From positions 79,215 through 143,214 of the forward strand of contig RDXM01000083.1 in the NCBI GenBank assembly GCA_004292595.1: a stretch of 64,000 bases of DNA, given 5' to 3'. Below are positions 27,978 through 36,699 of this stretch, in pieces. Position numbers and translations under genes: made by a program. Every line of letters begins with the position of its first letter. Position 1 is the first letter of the stretch. The DNA comes from Candidatus Kapaibacterium sp. GTDB lineage: Bacteria; Bacteroidota; Ignavibacteria; Kapaibacteriales; UBA4661. The notes beneath the pieces are model-generated. The model saw only the letters and a program-made list of their open reading frames with translations, ran no database searches and was not told where the DNA came from.

Positions 27978-29219
27978 TTGATGAACACTACTTTGATGAA
28001 CACCATTATACCGTTTGATATACCAACAATGCTTGTAGTAGCGGCTTTGGCAGCATGGAGTATTTTTTTTGTGATTGTTGCTATCAATGGACTTTCCGTG
28101 CAGCTTCTCCGCGATGTGCCATTACTCGTAGCAAAAGAGCAATTACCGAGTTTAAGCGTCATTGCAGCCGCCTGTAATGAAGCAGAAACAATCGAAAAAG
28201 CTCTGTATTCCTTGCTTTCCACCGAATATCCGCGCGTAGAATTTCTCATCGTGAACGACCGCTCTTCCGATGAAACAGGTGCAATTATTGACCGCATTGC
28301 AGCAATAGACAATCGTATCAAGCCCATCCATATCACAACACTTCCCGACGGCTGGCTTGGAAAAGTACACGCCCTTCATGTCGCTTCACAGCAGGCTTCT
28401 GGCGATTTTTTGCTCTTTACCGATGCCGATATACACTTTGCTCCCAACGCACTTACTCTCGCTCTTGGGTACGCCGAGCATCATCGTCTCGACCATTTTG
28501 TCGTGCTGCCAGAAACCCGTAAGCCCTCGCTGTCTAGTGCCGTGCAGCAATGGCTTGTTTCCATAGCAATCGCAGGATTTACCTCGTTGTTCCTTTTTAG
28601 CTTACGTTTATACAGCCTACGGAAGCCGCAATCAGAAGCATTTATCGGGGTTGGAGCGTTTAATCTCGTTCGTAAAAGTGCATTTTTGAAAACACCCGGC
28701 TTTGAATGGCTCAAAATGGAAGTCATTGACGACCTCGGCTTGGGAATGATGATGAAACGCTCTGGAGCGCGGTGCGATGCCGTTAATGGTGTTGGCTTAG
28801 TACATTTAGAGTGGTATGCGACGCTCGGTGCTGTGGCACAGGGATTCGAGAAAAACTTTTTTGCAGGATTTGGGCAATACAGCACACCTGTTATGCTCTG
28901 GCGTATCACGCAAATTGCTGCTATGGTCTATTCTCCCTATTTCGCTGCTCTGTGGGCGTGGTTTGTACAGGGAGAAATGTCCCTTGCGTATGCTATTCTC
29001 TGTGTCCATTTCATTCTACCCGTTATTGCAGCATTCATTCTGCAGAAACGCTTACCATTTCATCCTTTTTTCTTTGGAACGCTCCCTGTATCGTTTTTCC
29101 TCGTTATTGGAATGATGCTGCGTTCAGCATGGAAAACCGTCCGCAACGGCGGTATTCTCTGGCGCGGTACATTTTATCCTCTCGAAACCTTGCGCCGCGA
29201 ACAGCGAATGAAATTGTGA
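27978..29219 (+). CDS. Family 2 glycosyltransferase (GT2/GT21, ceramide-glucosyltransferase-like), polytopic membrane protein.
   Basis: LSVIAAACNEAETI...FLIVNDRSSDET...LLFTDADI (DxD-type) followed by multiple C-terminal TM helices. Confidence 0.7.
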   Translation: MMNTTLMNTIIPFDIPTMLVVAALAAWSIFFVIVAINGLSVQLLRDVPLLVAKEQLPSLSVIAAACNEAETIEKALYSLLSTEYPRVEFLIVNDRSSDETGAIIDRIAAIDNRIKPIHITTLPDGWLGKVHALHVASQQASGDFLLFTDADIHFAPNALTLALGYAEHHRLDHFVVLPETRKPSLSSAVQQWLVSIAIAGFTSLFLFSLRLYSLRKPQSEAFIGVGAFNLVRKSAFLKTPGFEWLKMEVIDDLGLGMMMKRSGARCDAVNGVGLVHLEWYATLGAVAQGFEKNFFAGFGQYSTPVMLWRITQIAAMVYSPYFAALWAWFVQGEMSLAYAILCVHFILPVIAAFILQKRLPFHPFFFGTLPVSFFLVIGMMLRSAWKTVRNGGILWRGTFYPLETLRREQRMKL

Positions 29220-29268
29220 AAATATCGTGGTGAAAATATCGTCGTGAAAATATCGTCGTGAAAAACAT
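29215..29268. repeat. Tandem repeat of the 14 bp unit gtgaaaatatcgtc, about 3.5 copies.
   Basis: tgtgaaaatatcgtggtgaaaatatcgtcgtgaaaatatcgtcgtgaaaaac, immediately after the GT2 stop codon. Confidence 0.5.
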
Positions 29269-29280
29269 CAGACTAAAAAA

Positions 29281-29340
29281 ACAAACAAAGCCCGAAGAGC
29301 AAGATTTTGTGCGCTCTTCGGGCTTTGTTTATGTGTGTGT
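29281..29340. terminator. Bidirectional terminator hairpin between convergent genes.
   Basis: caaagcccgaagagc ... gctcttcgggctttg, a 15 bp stem with A and T tracts on both sides. Confidence 0.6.
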
Positions 29341-29372
29341 TTGCTTGATGACAATCGTCTTTTTTCGCAGAA

Positions 29373-30686
29373 TTATTTTGCCTTGTGTCCACTGAAGGCG
29401 TACCACCCAATGTACGCATAGCACAACAACGGAATAAAGAAGGAATGATGCAAGCCAATCGTATCGGCTAGTTTTCCTTGCAAAAGCGGTACGAGCGCAC
29501 CACCTAAAATCATCATCACAAGCAAGCTCGATCCGTGATTTGTCTGTTTTCCAAGACCATTGATAGCTAAAGTGAAAATATTGGGCCACATCACAGAATT
29601 GAAAAAATTTACCAGCACCAACGCCCACAGCGCAAGCCATCCCGCTCCCAGCCATCCCGCCATCACCAGCACCGATGCACACACGGCAGCAATGAGAAGC
29701 AGATGCTGCGATTTCACGCGCTGCGTAATTGCCGCTCCCAGAAAACGACCAATCATTGCGCTGCCCCAATAATACGACGCATATTTTGCTGCGTCAGACT
29801 CGCGCAAGCCAGCAATTTCAGGCAGTCCCGCAAAATTGATGAGAAATGAACCCACCGCAACCTCCGCGCCAACGTAGGCAAAAATGCCAATCACACCAAA
29901 GCGCAACTGGCGGAATTGCAGTGCATCCAGCAGTTTTCCTTGATTTTCTTTATGCCGATGCGTGTAGGAATCATCACCAATTTCGTGGAGAGCGGGCAAT
30001 TTCAATATGGCAAAAAAAACCGCCAGCGCAAACAACGACGCGGCAAGCAGCATATACGGCACTTTCACCGATGCGGCTTCTGCCATGCGGTGTGCGGTCT
30101 GCTCGGCAAACGGCAATGCCGCAAGCTGGTCTTTCGTCAGCGCGACCGTAGCAAGAATGAACATCCCACCAACAAACGGACCGAGCGACGCACCGAGCGA
30201 ATTGAAGCCGCCCGCAAGATTCAAGCGGCTTGCAGCAGTTTCGGGCTTGCCCAGCACAGAAACATATGGATTCACCGCCACTTGCAGCACCGTAAAGCCC
30301 GAGGCAAGCGTAAACAAGCCAAGAAGAAAAACGTTGTAGGAAAGCATTGATGCCGCAGGAACAAACAATATCGCTCCCAGAGCCGAGATACACAGACCAA
30401 TGACAATGCTATACTTGTAACCAAAGCGAGCAACAACAAGCCCTCCCGGAATTGCCATCACAAAATATGCCGTGAAAAAAGCGAACTGCACCAAAGCAGC
30501 TTGTACATAATTCAAATCAAAAACGCCCTTCAAATGCGGCACGAGAATGTCGTTTAAGTTTGTAACGAAGCCCCACATAAAAAAAAGCGAGGTAAGCGCG
30601 GCAAAGGAAAAAGTATAGTTTTGCGGTGGATCTTGAGAAAACGACCGTACAGAAGATTCAGAAGAAGAAAGAGGAGCAGATGCCAT
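29373..30686 (-). CDS. MFS sugar transporter of the FucP/GluP (NagP-like) family.
   Basis: 12 TM helices. The N-terminal motif FFMWGFVTNLNDILVPHLK is typical of the glucose/galactose and N-acetylglucosamine permease family. Confidence 0.8.
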   Translation of the reverse strand: MASAPLSSSESSVRSFSQDPPQNYTFSFAALTSLFFMWGFVTNLNDILVPHLKGVFDLNYVQAALVQFAFFTAYFVMAIPGGLVVARFGYKYSIVIGLCISALGAILFVPAASMLSYNVFLLGLFTLASGFTVLQVAVNPYVSVLGKPETAASRLNLAGGFNSLGASLGPFVGGMFILATVALTKDQLAALPFAEQTAHRMAEAASVKVPYMLLAASLFALAVFFAILKLPALHEIGDDSYTHRHKENQGKLLDALQFRQLRFGVIGIFAYVGAEVAVGSFLINFAGLPEIAGLRESDAAKYASYYWGSAMIGRFLGAAITQRVKSQHLLLIAAVCASVLVMAGWLGAGWLALWALVLVNFFNSVMWPNIFTLAINGLGKQTNHGSSLLVMMILGGALVPLLQGKLADTIGLHHSFFIPLLCYAYIGWYAFSGHKAK

Positions 30687-30759
30687 AAAAACCTCACGAA
30701 CAACACAAATGGAAAAAGATGTGAATTACTCGAAATAATCAGCCTTGAAGCTACGAAAG

Positions 30760-30777
30760 TGCAGACAATTCTGCACG
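30760..30777. promoter_or_regulatory. Perfect 7 bp inverted repeat (gtgcaga-caat-tctgcac) in the divergent promoter region. Candidate operator.
   Basis: Read directly. It lies in the AT-rich gap between the divergent transporter and GNAT genes. Confidence 0.25.
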
Positions 30778-30888
30778 AAAAATATTTTTTTGAAAAAGCA
30801 AAAAATGTATTTGCATTTATGTAAATACTTACGCAATTTTATACGCAATAATAAACGCAAATTATTACCAAAAAAAATAACAAAATCT

Positions 30889-31425
30889 ATGACTTTTCGC
30901 ATCCGCCCCGCAAGCGAAGCAGACAAGCCGCAAATGCAAGCACTCATCATAGAATCCGTGCGCGAACTGAGCAAAGCCGAATACACGGAGGAGCAAATTC
31001 AAGCCGCGCTGAATACCGTTTTTGGTGTTGATTCTGAACTTATTAAAGATGGAACGTATTTTGCCGTTGAAGAAGAAAATACAATCGTTGCCTGTGGCGG
31101 CTGGAGTAGGCGTAAAACCTTGTTTGGCGGCGACCAGTTTGCTGCACGGGAATCAGAACTTCTCGACCCCACGCGCGATGCCGCGAAAATACGCGCTTTC
31201 TTTGTGCATCCAGCGTGGTCGCGGCGCGGAATTGGTTCGTTGCTCTTGCATCATTGCGAAGAAGCGGCACAGGCGCAAGGATTCACGCGCTTGGAGCTTA
31301 TGGGAACGCTTCCGGGCGTAAAACTCTACCGCGAACATGGCTTCGTTGCTGGTGAAACCATTCAGCATGATGCAGGAAATGGCGTACTTATTCCCTTCGT
31401 ACCGATGTCGAAAACTCTTGAGTAA
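30889..31425 (+). CDS. GNAT family N-acetyltransferase.
   Basis: The start MTFRIRPASEADK, then the acetyl-CoA binding motif RRGIGSLLL. It runs about 178 aa from the internal Met of the track ORF. Confidence 0.8.
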   Translation: MTFRIRPASEADKPQMQALIIESVRELSKAEYTEEQIQAALNTVFGVDSELIKDGTYFAVEEENTIVACGGWSRRKTLFGGDQFAARESELLDPTRDAAKIRAFFVHPAWSRRGIGSLLLHHCEEAAQAQGFTRLELMGTLPGVKLYREHGFVAGETIQHDAGNGVLIPFVPMSKTLE

Positions 31426-31441
31426 AATAAAACACATCTTC

Positions 31442-31566
31442 AATAGTGGCACAGACATTTTTGTCTGTAAGTGTTGATGCGGGTTTCAAGCGACAAACAC
31501 AGGCAAGAAGCCTCAAGCCACTGAAGACTGATTTTACTTGTCTCACAGAGTTTTTGTCGTGTACAA
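31442..31566. repeat. Partial, inverted copy B of the MITE-like element at 23795..23933.
   Basis: The reverse complement matches copy A across gtacacgacaaaa...taaaatcag(t)cttcagtggcttgaggcttcttgcctgtgtttgtcg...aatgtctgtgccactat. The TIR at the GNAT-proximal end is missing. Confidence 0.5.
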
Positions 31567-31613
31567 AGGTCTCCGCTACCGAAGCCAGTTTTTTTCACCT
31601 TTCTTTTTTTGTT

Positions 31614-32591
31614 ATGGACTTCTTTCAACGCGCTGGAAAACTCGCCTTTGGTAGCTATTTACGCCGCTTGGGTGAGCAGATGTATCAATGGTCGTCGGAG
31701 GTGTATTCGTTGTACGAATTACAGCTTGATGTCCGCTATTTTCCTGTGTTTCAGTCAATTTCATGGCTGGAAAAACCGACTGTAACCGCGATTGCACACT
31801 ACGTCGGGCAGACACACGCTGGCGTAAGCCAAATTCTCAAAGAACTCGCCGCGCAAGGCTACATCACGCTTGCAAAGAATAGCAACGACAAACGCCAAAC
31901 AACGATCACCCTCACCAGCAAAGGCAAACGCGAGCAAACCCGCTTGAATACACTTATGCAGGACTTAGAAGGCGTGATAACAAATGTTTTTGCTGAGTGC
32001 GCCACGAGTCCCCTTGCGGCATTGCAGGATTTTGAACGCGCAATGCAACAACGAAATTTGGTGGAACGAGTAGAAGAGCGGCGCAAGCAGACGATGACCG
32101 ACAGCATCAGCATTTTCCCGCTTGCGCGACGTGGCTCGAAGCGTCGCACAGAGCAGCTTGCAGGCTTTCGTGCGCTCAATTATGCGTGGATTCAGGAGTA
32201 CTTCAGCGTGGAAGAATCCGACAAAAAAGCTCTCGACCATGCGGAAGAGTATATCATCAAGCGCGGCGGAACGATACTTTGTGCCGAGCGACAAACCGCC
32301 GAAGGCAGAGAAATACTCGGCTGTGTGGCACTTGTCCCGCACGACGAACAAACAGTGGAATTAGCAAAAATGGCGGTTTCTAAAGCATTGCGTGGGCAGA
32401 ATGTCGGCTTTTTGCTTGGCGAAGCAGCATTGCAGAAAGCCCGTGAAATGGGCGCTCATCGGGTGTATTTGGAAAGCAATACTGCACTGAAGCCAGCAAT
32501 AAATCTGTATTACAAGCTCGGTTTTAAGCGGCTTGCGAACTTTACGTCGCCCTACGAGCGAGCGAATATTGCGATGGAAATATGGTTGTAA
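31614..32591 (+). CDS. MarR-family HTH regulator fused to a C-terminal GNAT acetyltransferase domain.
   Basis: The N-terminus SWLEKPTVTAIAHYVGQTHAGVSQILKELAAQGYITL is a MarR-type winged HTH. The C-terminus LRGQNVGFLLGEAALQKAREMGAHRVYLESN is GNAT-like. The start is approximate (internal Met MDFFQRAG), and the track's upstream extension overlaps a repeat. Confidence 0.65.
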   Translation: MDFFQRAGKLAFGSYLRRLGEQMYQWSSEVYSLYELQLDVRYFPVFQSISWLEKPTVTAIAHYVGQTHAGVSQILKELAAQGYITLAKNSNDKRQTTITLTSKGKREQTRLNTLMQDLEGVITNVFAECATSPLAALQDFERAMQQRNLVERVEERRKQTMTDSISIFPLARRGSKRRTEQLAGFRALNYAWIQEYFSVEESDKKALDHAEEYIIKRGGTILCAERQTAEGREILGCVALVPHDEQTVELAKMAVSKALRGQNVGFLLGEAALQKAREMGAHRVYLESNTALKPAINLYYKLGFKRLANFTSPYERANIAMEIWL

Positions 32592-32595
32592 TTTT

Positions 32596-33600
32596 TTATC
32601 GCACTTTTTCACTCGAATTTTTCCCAAGCAAAAACATCAACGGTATCTCAAACCGCTTACTCCATGCGCGTTCCGAGTGGTCTTCGCCAATGAACTCGCG
32701 CGTTTGCCACTGCTTTTTCGTGTAGCCTTTTTTGCGCATAATCTTATCCACTTTGATTTGATGCGGTTTGTAGAGACTGTCCAGCGTCGCCGTTCCGTAA
32801 TCGAAGTAGATTATACGCGCTATTCCGCCCTGTTTTGGCGTTGGAAATTTTTTTATCATGTAGCGTTGGAAAGCGCGAGAACACGCCTCAGCATGAGCCA
32901 AATTTCGGCTGCCCACCCAATGCGTCGAAATACACGCCGCGCCACCAAAGACGCTTGGATACTCGCTTACAGCGTACATCGAAATTAAACCGCCCATGCT
33001 CGAACCAGCAACAAAGGTATTGTTCACATCAGGCAACGTGGCAAAGGAAGAATCCACAAACGGCTTTACTTCTTGCGTGAGGAATTTTAAGTATGCGTCG
33101 GAGTGAATATTTTTTGTTGGTGAAGCATTCAGCATACTGTCTTGAATCGGCTGCGGAAGGCTTCGGAAGGGCGTTTCGGGGAAATACTCAAAGGCGCGCA
33201 TTCGCCCATTATTCCAAACGCCGACTATGATACATTCCCGTATTTTTCCTTCGCGCTGCAAACGAGAAAGGGTCTCATCGGCGCACCATTCCTGCTTGTT
33301 CCACGTTATTGCTGAATCGAAGAGCATTTGCCCGTCGTGCATATACAGCACAGGATACCGCTTGCGAGGCGCATTTGTGCTGGAAGTATTCGCGCTGGAA
33401 ACATTCGCACTCGAATCGTAGCCTTCGGGCAGCCAAATGTCCACTGGACGCGACTGCACGTACTTCGACGGGAAGGAATCAATATGGCGAATGGAGCCGA
33501 AACGTGGCGTAGGAATGCGGTTTGTAGCGGTGGTGGATTGCGCGAAAAGTGGGCAATCGGCGAGAGAAAATATTAGAAGAACAATGCAAAGAAAACGCAT
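32596..33600 (-). CDS. Secreted esterase of the alpha/beta-hydrolase fold (putative esterase, PF00756-like, CE1).
   Basis: Signal peptide MRFLCIVLLIFSLA, then YPVLYMHDGQMLFD and GSSMGG (GxSxG nucleophile elbow). Confidence 0.65.
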   Translation of the reverse strand: MRFLCIVLLIFSLADCPLFAQSTTATNRIPTPRFGSIRHIDSFPSKYVQSRPVDIWLPEGYDSSANVSSANTSSTNAPRKRYPVLYMHDGQMLFDSAITWNKQEWCADETLSRLQREGKIRECIIVGVWNNGRMRAFEYFPETPFRSLPQPIQDSMLNASPTKNIHSDAYLKFLTQEVKPFVDSSFATLPDVNNTFVAGSSMGGLISMYAVSEYPSVFGGAACISTHWVGSRNLAHAEACSRAFQRYMIKKFPTPKQGGIARIIYFDYGTATLDSLYKPHQIKVDKIMRKKGYTKKQWQTREFIGEDHSERAWSKRFEIPLMFLLGKNSSEKVR

Positions 33601-33756
33601 ATTGTTGAAGGAAAATGAAATCAAGAAAGCGAGTAAAAATGCGGCGTACAGGCGACAATATAGCATGAATTTTCAGATTATCGGAATGCAAAAAAGCGAA
33701 ACAGTGCAAAGGCACCATTTCGCTCGAAAAATCCTCTACAACAGAGCAAATCTTGT

Positions 33757-34593
33757 TTAATACACCGCTCTCAAAGCCTGCTCGCGCCCAGCTTCAAGGT
33801 CTTGCTGAACACTTTCCAGCTTTGCACCGATTGTTGCTAATGCCACCTTTCCAAGTGGCACACGAAGCGGCGCAACACCAGTATTCACGCTTTGTTCAAC
33901 GACTTCGAGAATCACCGTTGCTGCTTTTTCGGGGCTTCCTTCTTGATTGCCATGCACAACTTCTTTCATGCGTTTGCGGAACGCGCCGGCAGTAGTGTCG
34001 TACATATCCAGTGTTTGTGCGGCTTCCAGAAGAGAGTTTCCAGCAAAATTTGTGCGAAAAGGTCCTGGTTCAATAATGCTGAGTTTCACGCCAAAGGGCG
34101 CGATTTCTTGCGCCAACGCCTCGCTAAAGCCTTCGAGCGCGAATTTACTAGCATTGTACACACCAAAGCCAGCAAATGCCTTGATTCCGCCGTGCGAAGA
34201 GATTTGTAGAATATGTCCTTTGCCTTGTTTGCGAAGCATCGGCAGAGCAAGTTTTGTCAGAAGCATTGTTCCAAAAACATTGATGTCAAAAACCCTGCGC
34301 ATCTCATCAATACTAGCTTCTTCCACTGCGCCAACAAATCCTGCCCCAGCATTATTGACAAGAACATCTATCAAGCCAATTTTTTGTTCAATTTCTGCCC
34401 ATGCCGCCTGTATTTGTGCGGGATTGGCAATATCCATCGTTACTGCGAATGCCTTTCCTTGATGTTGTTCGTTAAACGCAAGCGTTTGTGCGGGATTGCG
34501 AAACGTTCCAACGAGAAAATCTCCTTTTTGGAGAAGAGCCTCAGCAAGAGCTTTGCCTAAACCGCTTGAAATTCCTGTAATGAGCCAGACCAT
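33757..34593 (-). CDS. Short-chain dehydrogenase/reductase (SDR).
   Basis: The N-terminus MVWLITGISSGLGKA is the TGxxxGxG Rossmann motif. NNAG and the YNASK catalytic Tyr/Lys are present. Confidence 0.85.
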   Translation of the reverse strand: MVWLITGISSGLGKALAEALLQKGDFLVGTFRNPAQTLAFNEQHQGKAFAVTMDIANPAQIQAAWAEIEQKIGLIDVLVNNAGAGFVGAVEEASIDEMRRVFDINVFGTMLLTKLALPMLRKQGKGHILQISSHGGIKAFAGFGVYNASKFALEGFSEALAQEIAPFGVKLSIIEPGPFRTNFAGNSLLEAAQTLDMYDTTAGAFRKRMKEVVHGNQEGSPEKAATVILEVVEQSVNTGVAPLRVPLGKVALATIGAKLESVQQDLEAGREQALRAVY

Positions 34594-34744
34594 AGTGGTA
34601 TTCCTGAAAAAAGTGAAAAAAATGGAGAAGAGAAATAATTCTCTCTTTCGCAAACCAAAGTATTGACGTACCATTGACGCACCTTTGCAGCGAACTTCTC
34701 CTACAAAAATACAGGACTTCCCCTACGCGAAGTGAGAACGTATT

Positions 34745-35671
34745 CTACAATTTTCGGTATTTTTCGGACATTTGCTTTTTGAACTCTAACGGAGAAAGCC
34801 CCTCTTCCAAACGAAAGAGCTTGGCAAAGTACGACGAATCAAAGAAACCCAGCATTGATGCGACTTCTGTTACGGACAAGTCCGAAAAGGTCAAATACCG
34901 TTTTGCTTCCAAAAGACTCCGCGAGCGGATTACTTCGGTTGTCGTCGCACCAGAAAGCCGCTTCACAACAAGGTTTAAGTGGTGCTGCGTGATATGGAGC
35001 GCGTCGGCGTAATCTCCCGAAGTCCAGCCGTCCAGAAAATGCTCGTCCAGAAGCCGCTTAAAATGCTTGAAAAGAACGAGGTATTTTTTGGAAATGCTCT
35101 CCTCCGCACGAGCATCCACGCAGCGTTGTATCTGGGCTACAAGCACGTGCAAGAGCGATTGCAAAATCACATCCGAAGCATCGTCGCGCCGTTGTTCAGT
35201 AAAGAGCAGGTCTATGGTGTGGCGAATGTCGGTAAAATCTCGCTTGGAAAGCTCTAGGCAGGGATTGGCGTAGAAATTATCAAGGAAACTGAGTTCAAAC
35301 AGCGTATCGCTTTTTTGCTGACGCAGCAAGAAAAAATCTTCCGTAAACAGCAACGAACCGCCGCGTAAACGATGCCATTCCTCGAAATAATGAATCTGTC
35401 CGGGCGAGATAAAGAAGAGTGAACGCGGCGTAAGAACGTATTCTTTGTAATCAATCGAATGGTTGCTGCGCCCCGCATCCGTCCATAGAATTTCGTAAAA
35501 TAAATGCTTGTGAACGTCCTCAATATCTGGCTCGTGCATTGTTTCAAACGAGGTAATTTCAAACTGCGTACGGCTTTCGGGCTGATTCATAAACTGCCCG
35601 ATGGAATACGATGGAACAAGGTTTTTCATGCACTTTTTTCTTTCGGTATTATTTGAATATTTTGCCTTCAA
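34745..35671 (-). CDS. AraC/XylS family transcriptional regulator (N-terminal cupin-type sensor).
   Basis: The C-terminal double HTH: ADALHITQHHLNLVVKRLSGATTTEVIRSRSLLEAKRYL...VTEVASMLGFFDSSYFAKLFR. Confidence 0.8.
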   Translation of the reverse strand: MKAKYSNNTERKKCMKNLVPSYSIGQFMNQPESRTQFEITSFETMHEPDIEDVHKHLFYEILWTDAGRSNHSIDYKEYVLTPRSLFFISPGQIHYFEEWHRLRGGSLLFTEDFFLLRQQKSDTLFELSFLDNFYANPCLELSKRDFTDIRHTIDLLFTEQRRDDASDVILQSLLHVLVAQIQRCVDARAEESISKKYLVLFKHFKRLLDEHFLDGWTSGDYADALHITQHHLNLVVKRLSGATTTEVIRSRSLLEAKRYLTFSDLSVTEVASMLGFFDSSYFAKLFRLEEGLSPLEFKKQMSEKYRKL

Positions 35672-35802
35672 TTACTGATGAATACTCTCTTCTGCAAATG
35701 TAATTATTCTTATTCTGCCTTCAAACATCTTGTTGTATTGGACGAAGAGCTTGACTTTCTGCAAAAAATCCAATACATTCCTGCTCAGACAATCATTTCC
35801 AC

Positions 35803-36564
35803 TTGTTTCCTTTCCCGCCAATGCTGATACAATCAGACTTCCACGACTATTACGATGCCGCTTTAGGCGTTGGCGGCATTGATACGGATATTGTTTTTCG
35901 CCGCTTCACGCGGACGCTTCCAGACCACGATTTGCCCGAAGGCTGGACGGATTCTCTCGGCGGAGCGGGACGTTTTTTTGGGTATTATTATCGCGCTCCC
36001 TTGTGGCAGCATGACCAGCACACAAAAACCCCTGCACACCGCATAGAACGGGAATACTTGATTGGTTTTTGTGGGCAGATTTTTTATGGAGTTGAAGTTC
36101 GTTCTGTCGTGGAAACCAATAAACGATTGTTTCTTTTTGATGATGAGATTGGCGCGTTTATCAGCGAGTACATTTCCATTCTCGAAAAACCGCATCGCTA
36201 CCCTGCTTTTAGCAATGATTCCTACGCATTATGGTTGGATGTGCGCGACCGCGTGAGCCGCTATCGCAGTACGGATGCGGCTTTGCGCCTACATCAAACG
36301 TACAACACGCCTATTTTTCTCTACCCGATGAGCGGCGGACTCGTCATCAATCCATGTTTGCGGGAATATGGTTTTATGCGGGTGAAAGACACTTTTACGG
36401 CGTTTCAGGAAGTGCAGATGTACGTGAGCGGCGTACTTCCTCAAGCCGAACATCCGCTTGTGGAAATATCTGAGCGCGATAAACTCTTGCAGCACGGCTT
36501 TGATGAGAAATGGTCGTTTCGCAATCCCGACCCGCCGACACGGAAGCAAAAAAAGAAACAGTAA
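35803..36564 (+). CDS. Hypothetical protein with no recognisable domain.
   Basis: A 253 aa ORF, divergent from the AraC regulator, with a Lys-rich C-terminus (RKQKKKQ) and no signal peptide. Confidence 0.4.
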   Translation: MFPFPPMLIQSDFHDYYDAALGVGGIDTDIVFRRFTRTLPDHDLPEGWTDSLGGAGRFFGYYYRAPLWQHDQHTKTPAHRIEREYLIGFCGQIFYGVEVRSVVETNKRLFLFDDEIGAFISEYISILEKPHRYPAFSNDSYALWLDVRDRVSRYRSTDAALRLHQTYNTPIFLYPMSGGLVINPCLREYGFMRVKDTFTAFQEVQMYVSGVLPQAEHPLVEISERDKLLQHGFDEKWSFRNPDPPTRKQKKKQ

Positions 36565-36699
36565 TTTTTCCTCACTTTCCTTGTAAAATATACGATTTAC
36601 CGTATATTTGCTAATTATGTTCATCACAAAATGTGTTTTTTTTGCAACATTGATAAAAACACTGTAGAATTGTAGGACAACTGTTCAGGATGAGATAAC

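Noticed and set aside
29215-29268. Possible CRISPR array, from the tandem direct repeats here and at 7533..7563.
   Set aside because: The units are only 10-14 bp and directly abutting, with no unique spacers. There are no cas genes in the window.
31446-31613. GTG-initiated 56-codon N-terminal extension of the MarR-GNAT ORF.
   Set aside because: The extension is the translation of the MITE-like repeat copy B. The MarR domain begins after the internal Met.
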